NCBI GenBank assembly: GCA_023898345.1
Contig: CP060218.1
Coordinates: 120,753 to 184,752, forward strand
Direction: 5' to 3'
Source of the DNA: Candidatus Woesearchaeota archaeon
GTDB taxonomy: Archaea; Nanobdellota; Nanobdellia; Woesearchaeales; UBA583
DNA length: 64,000 nucleotides
This document shows, one piece after another, positions 18,469 through 27,429 of the stretch. Made by a program: the position numbers and the translations under genes. Every line of letters starts with the position of its first letter. Within the stretch, counting starts at the first letter, position 1. The notes below the pieces were generated by a model. The model had not been told where the DNA came from. It saw only the letters and a program-made list of their open reading frames with translations, and did not search any database.

Positions 18469-18600
18469 GTAAATAAAGAAATTGCTAAAATGTCCTTATT
18501 CCAATCGAAGCAGAGCTCCGGAGCATTATGGAAATTTTCAAGAGGCGATTTCATTACTCCCCGCGGGGTGGTTGCAGCAGAGCTGCTGGTATAATGCCCA
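18469..18600 (+). repeat. repeated intergenic element, copy A (with candidate micro-ORF 18490-18594)
   Basis: gtaaataaagaaattgctaaaATGtccttattccaatcgaagcagagctccggagcattatggaaattttcaagagg... aligns with 33017-33105. A partial copy is at 19307-19325 and an inverted, shortened copy at 56630-56684. Confidence 0.6.
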
Positions 18601-18649
18601 GCTAAGGAAACAAAGAGTTAAGAATCATTTTTCATTACCTCCTTGTTTT

Positions 18650-19306
18650 ATGATAGAACAAATGGAAAAAGAAAGCTGGGTGGTTGTTGACTTCTCTAAG
18701 TATCCGAATCTTATTTTTCCTAGGGGTTATGGGACTCTTTTTCTTCCTTCGATTGTAAAATTTGATCCTCATTGGAATTATCATGCTTATGAAGAGGAGC
18801 TAAAAAGGGACCCTCTTTTTTTGTCGCTGGCTCTTGTGCGTGGTGTACGTAGTGAAGATGAACGAGCCGTTTTTCTTGAAGCCGTTCAGAATCAAAACTT
18901 AAGGGAAGATTTTTGTGATCAGGATATTTTTCCTCTTACAAAGGTCAGTAGTCGAACAGGGTTTTTACAGACTAGTTCTTTTCCTTTTTATGGGGCTCTT
19001 TTTCGAGAAGTTTTTTATAGGGAGAGGGAGCTTTCTCTTTCTGACTTTGTGGGGGCTTGTCGTGAAAGGAAACTTTCCTCTCTTTTGATTTCTTTTGGTG
19101 GTTTTCAGGAGGAACTGGAATCAATTTGTAAGAAAAAAAATTCTTATGACTATGATTTTTTGACTCCTTTTCTTAAGTCGAGATTTCTTAGGTCTGGGAA
19201 ATATCTTAGTTCAGGATTTATGTATCAGGGAATAAGAATAAATGATGGGGATCTTTTTTGTTTCTTTGATATTAGGAAAACTGCAAAATTTTTGCGGGTT
19301 GAGTAA
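18650..19306 (+). CDS. hypothetical protein (paralog of 19463..20209)
   Basis: The track ORF begins at a TTG at 18482, inside the repeat element. The first ATG (MIEQMEKESWVVVDF...) is at 18650. No domain recognised. Confidence 0.45.
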   Translation: MIEQMEKESWVVVDFSKYPNLIFPRGYGTLFLPSIVKFDPHWNYHAYEEELKRDPLFLSLALVRGVRSEDERAVFLEAVQNQNLREDFCDQDIFPLTKVSSRTGFLQTSSFPFYGALFREVFYRERELSLSDFVGACRERKLSSLLISFGGFQEELESICKKKNSYDYDFLTPFLKSRFLRSGKYLSSGFMYQGIRINDGDLFCFFDIRKTAKFLRVE

Positions 19307-19462
19307 GTAAAGAAATTGCTCAAAGAGCTTTCTCACTTTGGATGTGGTTTTGTTGCTCTCAGGTCATTTTTAAAATGTGGATTTTTATAACTACTCTTTA
19401 AAGCTTATTTTAAAATTTTTATCTTTGCAAAGTTTTATGAACCTTTGAATTTTTGAGGGCAT

Positions 19463-20209
19463 ATGGAAAATGGTGAAACTGCTTATTATGTAGTTAATGT
19501 TCCGCGAGGTTTAACGTTTGTTTTGCCTCCGACTGAAAAGGGGTCACTTCATGTACCTGTTGTTCGACATGTTCCTTTTTGGTCAGAAACACCAAGCGGA
19601 GTGCGAGATGGAGGAGAATCTTCTTGATTACATGTTGTGGAGCTTCCTCGTGGGACTGAGAGAGAGTTTAAAGCTGACCTTATGGTAAAAAATCCGCGTT
19701 TTCTCCCGTTTGCGAATTATGTTGGTCTTTCTCTTTTATGTCCAAGGAGGGTTGCTGCTTATTTGTTTCCTAAGTTTAACTCTTTAGTTGGTGGAATTGA
19801 ACTTCAGGAGTTCTCTGTACTTGAAGAAGTTCCTTTAGAGGAGCTTTTGCCTTTCTTAGTTGGGGAAGCTCGGTTGTCTTCCTTTCCTAAAGAAGTTTTA
19901 GATAAGCAGTTAAGGTCTAGACTCTTAGAACAAGAAGGTAAGGACAAATCTGTTAGAGAGGGAACTTTGTATTGCAATTTCAACTGCTTAGAACAAGAAG
20001 GTTTGGATAAGTATGTTAGAGGTGGTTTCTTTACTGATAGGAAACTCCATCCTGCTTTTTTCTATTCGGGATTTCTTCTTAGCTCTAATAGGGGAGAAAG
20101 AGTTTATTTGAGTCCATTTGATGTTGACACAAGCCCTGCTCCTATCTCCGTTGCTCCTTCACAGTTTAAGAATTTAAGTTCTGAGTTGTCCCATCTTTTG
20201 GGCTTCTAA
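19463..20209 (+). pseudogene. hypothetical protein interrupted by a single in-frame TGA (19625-19627)
   Basis: ATG at 19463 opens MENGETAYYVVNVPRGLTFVLPP...GGESS, then TGA. The track ORF at 19637 (GTG) continues in the same frame. The N-terminal part resembles the N-terminus of 18650..19306 (WVVVDF..PRGYGTLFLP). Confidence 0.5.
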
Positions 20210-21030
20210 TTTTCTTTTTTCTTAGCAAGTAATTGCTTTTTGTTGTATTCTTCAAGTATTTTTACAAGTTGAGTGGTTTTCTTGAGGTATTTGTTGTATG
20301 TGTTAGCGTTTATGATTTCGGAGTTTTTATGATGTTCGATTTCTTTTGCAAGTCTGTATATTTCTTCGATGTCAGAGGAACACTTTGCGACGTTCTCGTT
20401 CTGGAATGCTTCTCGGAAAATTTCAGGCATTTCTTCGGGGGATGGGGGAGTTATGTCTTTGCTCATGAGGGCAGCGTGACAAATGTCGATGGTGGCGTAA
20501 TACAAATCCATAATGGCTTCTTCTAAGTGCTTTGAACTTTCTTTTAACAGAGTTTTTGCTCTTTCCTGATAGTTGTAAATTGATTCTGGAGTTGGTTTTA
20601 TTTTTCCTATTTCTAAGAGGTATTGTAATGGTTCAATTAGGTCTTTATCGAGAAGTGGAAGTCCGCTTCGTAGAATGTTTGTTAGGAGTGGGTCACCTTT
20701 GCGTGCGAGGTCCCAGAGGTCAGAAAGGTTCATTGTCATAATGTGGAGTTTATTAGAAATGGATCCTGCAAGATTTGTACTTATGACTCTGTATGCTTCG
20801 CGTAGTTCTGCTGTTACAAAAACGCTGACGTTGTCCAGAACAATGAGTAGATCTATGTCAGAGTCTTTGTTTGCTGTGTTCTTGGCGTTTGAACCGAAGA
20901 GAACAATTGAACGAACGAGTTCTCCCATTTCTTTAATAATTTGTTTAGAATATTCTCTTGCAATGTGTAAATTTTCTATGTGGTATTGTTCTTCATTTTT
21001 ACTAAAGCGTGGGCGTTCTAGAATGTCCAT
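20206..21030 (-). CDS. nucleotidyltransferase-domain protein with HEPN-like C-terminal helical domain
   Basis: Minimal NTase motif LFGSNAKNTANKDSDIDLLIVLD. The C-terminal helical half carries RLAKEIEH (Rx6H, HEPN-like). Confidence 0.6.
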   Translation of the reverse strand: MDILERPRFSKNEEQYHIENLHIAREYSKQIIKEMGELVRSIVLFGSNAKNTANKDSDIDLLIVLDNVSVFVTAELREAYRVISTNLAGSISNKLHIMTMNLSDLWDLARKGDPLLTNILRSGLPLLDKDLIEPLQYLLEIGKIKPTPESIYNYQERAKTLLKESSKHLEEAIMDLYYATIDICHAALMSKDITPPSPEEMPEIFREAFQNENVAKCSSDIEEIYRLAKEIEHHKNSEIINANTYNKYLKKTTQLVKILEEYNKKQLLAKKKEN

Positions 21031-21031
21031 T

Positions 21032-21556
21032 TTATGTTAGTGTTTTTGTTTCTAGGAGTTTTGTTTCTACTCGTGTTAGTTCTTCAAGGATGGTGAAGAT
21101 ATGCTTGTTTGTTTCTTTGAGTCTTTTAATTTCTATGTCCTTTTCACCAAGTTGTTCTTTGAGAAGAAAGAGTTCTAGTTCACTGTGTTGAATTTTTTCA
21201 TCTTGGTTCTTTTTTTCTTTATTCTCTTTTTTCTTAGCTTCTTCTAATTCTTTTTCTATTTTGTCTTGTGATTTTTGAATTGCGAGAATTTCTTTTCTTA
21301 GTTTTTCTATTTCTTTTTTTAGTTCGCTTAAATCTTCGGAGAAAAATGAATTTTCTTTTTTGCTTAATTCATCGTGAGCGAATTGGAGTTTGTCTTTAAT
21401 ATCACTTGACAGGGTTGCAACTTTTTCGGAAAGAGTTGTGTGTTGTTTCATGAAGTCATCGTAATTTTCACTTATTTTTCCAGCCAGAAAGTGCATATCG
21501 TGTTTGACTTTTGTGAAACCTTCGCGGATTCTGGCAAATTCTTCGTGGTGTTTCAT
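21032..21556 (-). CDS. coiled-coil protein, hypothetical
   Basis: Lys/Glu-rich heptad-like sequence. Residues ~4-27 (EEFARIREGFTKVKHDMHFLAGKI) resemble the N-terminus of 59724..60071. Its stop is 1 nt from the NTase start. Confidence 0.5.
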   Translation of the reverse strand: MKHHEEFARIREGFTKVKHDMHFLAGKISENYDDFMKQHTTLSEKVATLSSDIKDKLQFAHDELSKKENSFFSEDLSELKKEIEKLRKEILAIQKSQDKIEKELEEAKKKENKEKKNQDEKIQHSELELFLLKEQLGEKDIEIKRLKETNKHIFTILEELTRVETKLLETKTLT

Positions 21557-21623
21557 ATAAAACTTTGAAAAATTTTTCTTTACTTAAAGAAATGGTTTAA
21601 CTGAGAAGTGATTTTTGAAAATA

Positions 21624-22475
21624 CTATGCCTTAAGTTTTTGCATTGCCTCAATTCTACTTTTTGTTGACGGGTGAGTTGAAAAAAGTGATGCAATGGAAG
21701 AGCCTCGAAATGGGTTCACAATAAAGAGACTTTCTGTTGGCGTTGCGCTTGCATGAAAACTATGTGGGTTTCGTGCAGCTGTTTCTAGTTTTTGTAATGC
21801 GCTGATGAGGGGTTCGGGTGTTTTGAGGAGTTTTGTTGCTCCAGCGTCGGCCATGTATTCTCTTTGTCTTGAAATTGCAAGTTGAATAATGGTTGCAATA
21901 ATTGGAGTTAGGATTGCCAGTACTAACACGCCAAACAAACCTCCTACTCCGCCATCTTCGTCGTCACCTCCAAAGCCAAAAATTGCCATCCACTGAAACA
22001 TTTCTGCTATCATTCCAATTGCAGATGCGATTCCAACTGCTAGGGTCTGAATAAGTGTGTCTCTGTGTTTGATATGTGAGAGTTCGTGCGCCATAACACC
22101 TTTGACTTCTTCTTCGCTGAGGAGATGGAGAAGACTTTCTGTTGCAGCAACAGCAGCGTGTTTCGGACTACGACCCGTTGCAAACGCATTTGGTGAGGGT
22201 GCTTGAATGATGTATGTTTTGGGCATGGGAAGCTGTGCTTTGTGCGCGAGTTCATGAACAATTCTGTACAGTTTGTGTTCTTTTCCCACTTCTTTGGCGT
22301 TGTACATACGTAGGACAATTTTGTCGGAAAACCAAAAGGAAGCAAAATTAATTATCATTGCAAGAGCAAAACCAATAATCAATCCTGTTCTACTTCCAAT
22401 AAGGTAACCAAACCCCATGAAGAGTCCGGCGAGTCCTCCTAGTAAAAGTGTAGTTTTTATGCTATTGAGAATCAT
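21624..22475 (-). CDS. htpX: zinc metalloprotease HtpX homolog
   Basis: Four TM segments and HELSHIKHRD (HExxH) in the typical M48 HtpX layout. Confidence 0.88.
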   Translation of the reverse strand: MILNSIKTTLLLGGLAGLFMGFGYLIGSRTGLIIGFALAMIINFASFWFSDKIVLRMYNAKEVGKEHKLYRIVHELAHKAQLPMPKTYIIQAPSPNAFATGRSPKHAAVAATESLLHLLSEEEVKGVMAHELSHIKHRDTLIQTLAVGIASAIGMIAEMFQWMAIFGFGGDDEDGGVGGLFGVLVLAILTPIIATIIQLAISRQREYMADAGATKLLKTPEPLISALQKLETAARNPHSFHASATPTESLFIVNPFRGSSIASLFSTHPSTKSRIEAMQKLKA

Positions 22476-22564
22476 ATTTTTATTAACAATTGTGAATTTT
22501 TAAAGCTTCAGGTTTCTTATTTTCGGGTGTCAAGCTTATAAGAAAAAAGGTATTTCCTAAAACT

Positions 22565-23107
22565 ATGAGTTTATGTGAGGAGAATAGGGAATTTCTTCTT
22601 AACCCTTTGGTGGCTTTAGGGTATTGGCAGCAAGATGCAGATTCCTTTTTGAGGAATACTAGTGGGGGCCCCAACCGGCAAGTTCTTTGTGTTAAAGGAA
22701 CTGAAGCAGTTCTTTTGCATGAGTCTTTAGTGAAGAATAGGGGACCGGCAACTCAGATTTACCTTACAGCTTTAGTTAAAGTTGGTGGGCTTTTAGAGTA
22801 TGTACAGAGAGAAAGAAACTCTGTGGAGAAATTTTTAGATTGTGTTCGTCATGATGAAGCAGCTTTGCCGTACATGTGGCTTAGAAATGAGAGGGCAAGA
22901 GGAACATTGGCAGCTTATCTTACAAATACTACCGCTTCAGATCTTAGGTCAGATTTCTATGCTTTGTTTGGAACTGTTTGGGAAGTAATTTCTGGAAAAG
23001 GTGGCTTTTTCCAAAGAAGAACAAACCATTACTCTCTTTTTGTCTTTCCCCATCGCGACTCAAGAGAAGCTCTTCTTTTTTTAGGAGAAAAAAAGGTATA
23101 TTTTTAG
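22565..23107 (+). CDS. hypothetical protein
   Basis: 180-aa ORF; no domain recognised. Confidence 0.4.
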   Translation: MSLCEENREFLLNPLVALGYWQQDADSFLRNTSGGPNRQVLCVKGTEAVLLHESLVKNRGPATQIYLTALVKVGGLLEYVQRERNSVEKFLDCVRHDEAALPYMWLRNERARGTLAAYLTNTTASDLRSDFYALFGTVWEVISGKGGFFQRRTNHYSLFVFPHRDSREALLFLGEKKVYF

Positions 23108-23159
23108 GGATTTTTTTCTCGTTATCTTTATAATTTTGGGAGTATTCTTAGCTTTTGTA

Positions 23160-23684
23160 ATGGATTGTCTTCTTCCAAAAAAAAATGAACTACTTCCAGT
23201 AGAAAATGCTCTTTTTCAATTAGGGTTGTCTGATGACTCCAGAACATATCTTGTTACTTCTCTTGAGAGGATGTATAGTGGAGGTCTAAAAAGAGAGACT
23301 CGTTTTTTGGGGAGTACGGCTTTGAATTTTCTTGAACCAATTTATGTCCAAGGGAATGTCGAGTTTCCAGAATATGCTTTTACTGCTTTAATGACTGGAG
23401 ACGCTGTTCTTTCTTTTCTTGACTTTCCACTTAACTTTGTGGCTAAACTTGGCTCATTAGACTCTCCTTTTACATGTATTGCACAAAACCAAAAGGGATT
23501 ACGAGAAATGCTGACTCGAAATGATACATATGACTTGTCTCAACTTGCTCTGTACGGATATAGGGGGAAAAATCTGAATGGAGATGGAAAAGGGAACATT
23601 GGAGAAGGGTGTATCATTCAACCCTTCTTTGTTTTTCCACAAAAAGAGGTTGGCACTTATCAACTACTGCTAAAAAAAGAATAA
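23160..23684 (+). CDS. hypothetical protein
   Basis: The track ORF starts at a TTG at 23136. The ATG at 23160 sits ~30 nt downstream of ctttataat. No domain recognised. Confidence 0.4.
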   Translation: MDCLLPKKNELLPVENALFQLGLSDDSRTYLVTSLERMYSGGLKRETRFLGSTALNFLEPIYVQGNVEFPEYAFTALMTGDAVLSFLDFPLNFVAKLGSLDSPFTCIAQNQKGLREMLTRNDTYDLSQLALYGYRGKNLNGDGKGNIGEGCIIQPFFVFPQKEVGTYQLLLKKE

Positions 23685-23694
23685 TTCTTATTTT

Positions 23695-25026
23695 TTAACT
23701 TAAATTTTCAATAAATTTTTTTATTTCATTGAACTTCTTATCGTACAGTTCTTGAGTTTCAGCTTCAAAGTTCAGACGTAAAATGTTTTCTGTGTTTGAG
23801 GAGCGAATATTTGCCCACCACTTCTCGCCAATGAGTGTGATGCCGTCAATCTCTTCAAGTTTGGCGTCCTTGTATGCTTGCTTGAGACTCTCCAAAGCTT
23901 TTTCTTTGTCGTCGACGTGAAAGTTTGTTTCCGGACTTTTGACGTATGTCATGTATTTGTCTACTAATTCTGAAAATGTTTTCTCTTCTTTACTTAGCAT
24001 GTTCAAGACTTCGATAAGTGCTTTGATTGCACTGTCATAGAGAAAGTCTTCACCAAAGCGAAAGTAAAAGTGCCCTGAAAGTTCGACAGCAAAGTCTGCT
24101 TCTTTTTGTCGCATGGTTTTCTTGATGTAGGAATGTCCGACGCGTGTCTTTGTAGCTTCACCGCCAAAGGAAGAAACAATCTCTTCGATTTTTTTTGTAG
24201 AACGCAAATCATAACAGAAATGTCTTTGGCCTTGTTCTGCATAGTATTCAATAAGAAGCGCTCCGACAGAGTCAGCGGGAATGAAACGACCTTTTTCGTC
24301 AACAAAGCCACATCTGTCGGCGTCTCCATCTGTTGCAATTCCTATGTCGGCTTTTGTTTCAAGAACTTTTTTCTTGAGGTCTTCAAGAGTTTCTTCCTTC
24401 AAAGGGTTTGCTTCATGGTTTGGAAATCTTCCATCAAGTTCGCAGTACAAAGGAGTAAATTCGACGTTTTCAGCATTGTGAAGTAACGTTGGGATGTCAT
24501 GTCCTCCCATCCCATTTCCGGCGTCAAGAACTACTTTGAGTGTTTTTTTACAGTCAAGCATGGGGCGTAAGTGTGAAAGGTATCGTTCATCATAATCTTC
24601 TTTGCGATATTCTCCTTCTTTTTCGGCAACTTTCTCTTCAAAGTTATGAACAGCATTTTTGATTTGTTCAATGCCATCTTCCCAAGCGACAGGGTAAGCA
24701 TTATGCCTGCAAATCTTAATTCCGTTGTCGTCCTTTGGGTTGTGCGATGCTGTAATAATAAGTCCTGTGTCAGCGTCAAAGTCATGACTTGCATGGTACA
24801 ATTTTGGAGTTGGACTAAGACCAATATCAATAACATCTATTCCAGCTTTTCTCATTCCTTCAATAATACTTTTCGTAAGACTCTCTGAGCTTTCTCGCAT
24901 GTCGTAGCCAATCACAGCTTTTTTAGTCCCAAGAATATGAAGTGAATTCCCGATTTTGTAATATAGGTCTTCATTCACCTGTTCAGGGTAGCGGCCTCGT
25001 ATGTCGTATGCTTTGAATACTGTCAT
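23695..25026 (-). CDS. phosphomannomutase/phosphoglucomutase (alpha-D-phosphohexomutase family)
   Basis: FKAYDIRG, active-site loop TASHNPKDDNGIK, metal loop DGDADR. Start set at MTVFKAYDIRG (25026); the longer track ORF overlaps the upstream gene. Confidence 0.9.
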   Translation of the reverse strand: MTVFKAYDIRGRYPEQVNEDLYYKIGNSLHILGTKKAVIGYDMRESSESLTKSIIEGMRKAGIDVIDIGLSPTPKLYHASHDFDADTGLIITASHNPKDDNGIKICRHNAYPVAWEDGIEQIKNAVHNFEEKVAEKEGEYRKEDYDERYLSHLRPMLDCKKTLKVVLDAGNGMGGHDIPTLLHNAENVEFTPLYCELDGRFPNHEANPLKEETLEDLKKKVLETKADIGIATDGDADRCGFVDEKGRFIPADSVGALLIEYYAEQGQRHFCYDLRSTKKIEEIVSSFGGEATKTRVGHSYIKKTMRQKEADFAVELSGHFYFRFGEDFLYDSAIKALIEVLNMLSKEEKTFSELVDKYMTYVKSPETNFHVDDKEKALESLKQAYKDAKLEEIDGITLIGEKWWANIRSSNTENILRLNFEAETQELYDKKFNEIKKFIENLS

Positions 25027-25084
25027 GAAAGGAGAAATATTTTTTTCTTGATAAAGTTTTAGGCTTTCTTTGCTTTGTCTTTCT

Positions 25085-25951
25085 TTAACTTTCAAGAATG
25101 TTTCCGACGACAAAGCTTCCAAGTTGTGTTGTTTGGATTTGTACTTGCTTGTTTCCTGTATCAATAAAACTTGGTTCAAGTTCTTCCCAATCTCCGTATT
25201 GGTTTTGTTTCAGAACTTTTAAGGAGTTTGGATCTGGAATATTTTCAAAGTATGGTAGTTTTAGTGTAATTGGGGAACTAAATTTTGTTTCAGAAAGAGA
25301 GAGTACAAGTGCTGGTCCAGCTACTCGGATTGTTTCTTCTTCTGGGCTTTTTACTTCATAGACTTTTATTTCTTCGTTTGTTAGTTGTGGATAAAGAATA
25401 GAAGTTTCTGTGGGAATGTGAAGTGAAAAACTTTGGAATACAAATTCTTCTTCTTCTCGGCCGGCCTCTTTTGGAATGCTATATTTTCCCCACTCTTTTG
25501 CTCCAATCAGGGCTGCTCCTTGTCCTGCAGGATTGTTGCTTTTGTCTTTGCATGAGATTTCTATTCTTTCAAGGGCATTTTTTCTGATGAGGCAGGTATA
25601 TGAAGAGCTTTGGTTGTACTGAAAGATAATTGATTCTACACTTTCTATTTCACAATCAAATCTTTGGCAATAGACAAGTTCTACTTCTTCTTTTTTTTTT
25701 GAGTAAAGGCAAAGATTATTGTCTCCAATATTTGAGATAAGGAAATCTCCAAGGAGTTCTTTTGATTGTAAAGTGAAGCTTCTTGAACTTAGTATTGCTT
25801 TGCAGGACTGTTCTGCGTGTTCAGAGAGCGATGTGAAAAATGCGTTTTGGTCTCGTTTTCCTATATCTGAATTGAAAACTGAAAGAATTTGGAGGAGGAT
25901 GATGACTCCAAAGACAACTCCTACGATTCCAAAGAATGTTCTTCCGATCAT
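25085..25951 (-). CDS. membrane-anchored hypothetical protein
   Basis: N-terminal TM (FFGIVGVVFGVIILLQIL), otherwise no recognised domain. Its ATG overlaps the tpiA stop (4-nt overlap). Confidence 0.5.
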   Translation of the reverse strand: MIGRTFFGIVGVVFGVIILLQILSVFNSDIGKRDQNAFFTSLSEHAEQSCKAILSSRSFTLQSKELLGDFLISNIGDNNLCLYSKKKEEVELVYCQRFDCEIESVESIIFQYNQSSSYTCLIRKNALERIEISCKDKSNNPAGQGAALIGAKEWGKYSIPKEAGREEEEFVFQSFSLHIPTETSILYPQLTNEEIKVYEVKSPEEETIRVAGPALVLSLSETKFSSPITLKLPYFENIPDPNSLKVLKQNQYGDWEELEPSFIDTGNKQVQIQTTQLGSFVVGNILES

Positions 25952-26616
25952 TTTTCATAAAATCCAGTTATGAGGTCTTGCAAAAGTTCTTTTGGATTTT
26001 CTGCTTTGACTACGCCTGATGCTAATAAAATTCCTTTTGCTCCTAATTTCTTGGCTACTTCTATATCTTTTTTTGTTTTAATTCCTGCTCCTACTATCAA
26101 TGAGTTCTCTTTTCCTGCAATAGAAACGCTTTTGGTAATGAGTTCGGGTTGTGCAGTTGAAACGGAAATGTCTCCTCCTATGAGTTCTGGTGGTTCGATT
26201 GCAAGAAATGTTGGTTTGTATGTTCCAAATTCTTTCAGTTCTTTTGTATCTTTTGCGCATAAGCAAATTTCAAGATTTTCTTCTTTTGCTTTTTCAAGTG
26301 TTATTTTAATGAGTTTTTTATCAATGCGGTGTTCACTATGGTTGAGAAGGCTTCCTTTACTTCCAAGTTTCTTGAGAAATTCTGCAGGCATTGATCCCGT
26401 GCTTTGTCCGCAGTCTGTTGGGTCGAGGTGTTGTGCAAAAATGAAGTCATAATCTTTGGCGAGTATGGCGAGGTGACTTGTTGGTGGGCATAGGATGAGA
26501 CGGACATTATGTTTGTCGGCGCTTTTCTTAAGTTCTGCCATAGCTTTAGCAATGGAAAAAATTTTACTTGGCAGAAGTTGTGAATAGGTTTTCAGATTAA
26601 CTAGTAAGAAGAACAT
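25948..26616 (-). CDS. tpiA: triosephosphate isomerase (short archaeal type)
   Basis: NLKTY, LNHSEHR, AIEPPELIGG, VGAGI motifs. About 222 aa from MFFLLVNLKTY (26616). Confidence 0.85.
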   Translation of the reverse strand: MFFLLVNLKTYSQLLPSKIFSIAKAMAELKKSADKHNVRLILCPPTSHLAILAKDYDFIFAQHLDPTDCGQSTGSMPAEFLKKLGSKGSLLNHSEHRIDKKLIKITLEKAKEENLEICLCAKDTKELKEFGTYKPTFLAIEPPELIGGDISVSTAQPELITKSVSIAGKENSLIVGAGIKTKKDIEVAKKLGAKGILLASGVVKAENPKELLQDLITGFYEK

Positions 26617-26708
26617 TGTTTTTATGTTTTGTTTTTCTTTGACAACTTTTTTAATCATTGGAAAAAGACGACTAATGTATAAATATTCCTTAATTTACAC
26701 TCTAGACT

Positions 26709-27068
26709 ATGAATCCTTCCAAAATTTTCAATTTACAAGGAGGAAAGTCTGTAAAAGACTTGAAAGGACTAGCTAAGGAATTGGCTAGGATGCCACTTGA
26801 TGTGTACGAACATCATGTAAAACCTACGAAAAATGATTTTGCAAACTGGATTCGTCATTCTCTTTCCCATGATGAACTTGCGGCTTCTATTGATGGGCAG
26901 ATTACGCGAATTGAAATGGAACTTCAGATTCTAAGGCACCTTGTACATGAGAAAGATAGGCCTAAGAAAGCAAGCGTTAAGAAGAAAGTTGCAAAAAAGG
27001 TTGTGAAGAAGGTAGTAAAAAAAGCAGCTAAGAAGGTGAGCAACAAAGTCTCTGCAGTTTCTGCATAA
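26709..27068 (+). CDS. hypothetical protein with Lys-rich (KKVxKK) C-terminal tail
   Basis: 119 aa. The C-terminus KKASVKKKVAKKVVKKVVKKAAKKVSNK is histone-H1-tail-like low complexity. TATA-like tgtataaat ~25 nt upstream. Confidence 0.5.
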   Translation: MNPSKIFNLQGGKSVKDLKGLAKELARMPLDVYEHHVKPTKNDFANWIRHSLSHDELAASIDGQITRIEMELQILRHLVHEKDRPKKASVKKKVAKKVVKKVVKKAAKKVSNKVSAVSA

Positions 27069-27127
27069 TTTTTATCTTATCTTTATTTTATGTGTTTTAG
27101 AAACGACAGGTAATAGAGAAAAAGAAC

Positions 27128-27376
27128 TTATTCAAAATAACTATTTGTAATTCCAAAATTCGCAATAATCTTAATATTTCCTTCACTATGATCGTAAATA
27201 GGGAATTTCTCCATAAATATGGTGGCAACAAGTGAGGGATTTTCCTTTAGGTGAGAAAGAATCCTTTCTTCAGATTTAGGAATTCCTAAAAGATAAGCAG
27301 TGTGAGATCCCTTTCTACTATCGACCGTTCTATCTACAAAATCAAGATAAAAAAAAAGTATGGTTTGGAAATCCTC
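27128..27376 (-). pseudogene. start-less ORF remnant next to the IS200-like element
   Basis: Own translation: EDFQTILFFYLDFVDRTVDSRKGSHTAYLLGIPKSEERILSHLKENPSLVATIFMEKFPIYDHSEGNIKIIANFGITNSYFE*. It is open for 82 codons but has no plausible start. It contains an A9 run (27349-27357). Confidence 0.3.
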
Positions 27377-27429
27377 TCAAAGATTCAACACAAAGGATGC
27401 CCCCTTCAAAATTTTCAATTACTAAGAAT

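Noticed and set aside
19625-19627. UGA reassignment (alternative genetic code) to explain the in-frame TGA
   Set aside because: TGA terminates well-defined genes of normal length in the same window (pepA, the U32 peptidase, 9485-10519), and I found no other in-frame TGA in conserved genes.
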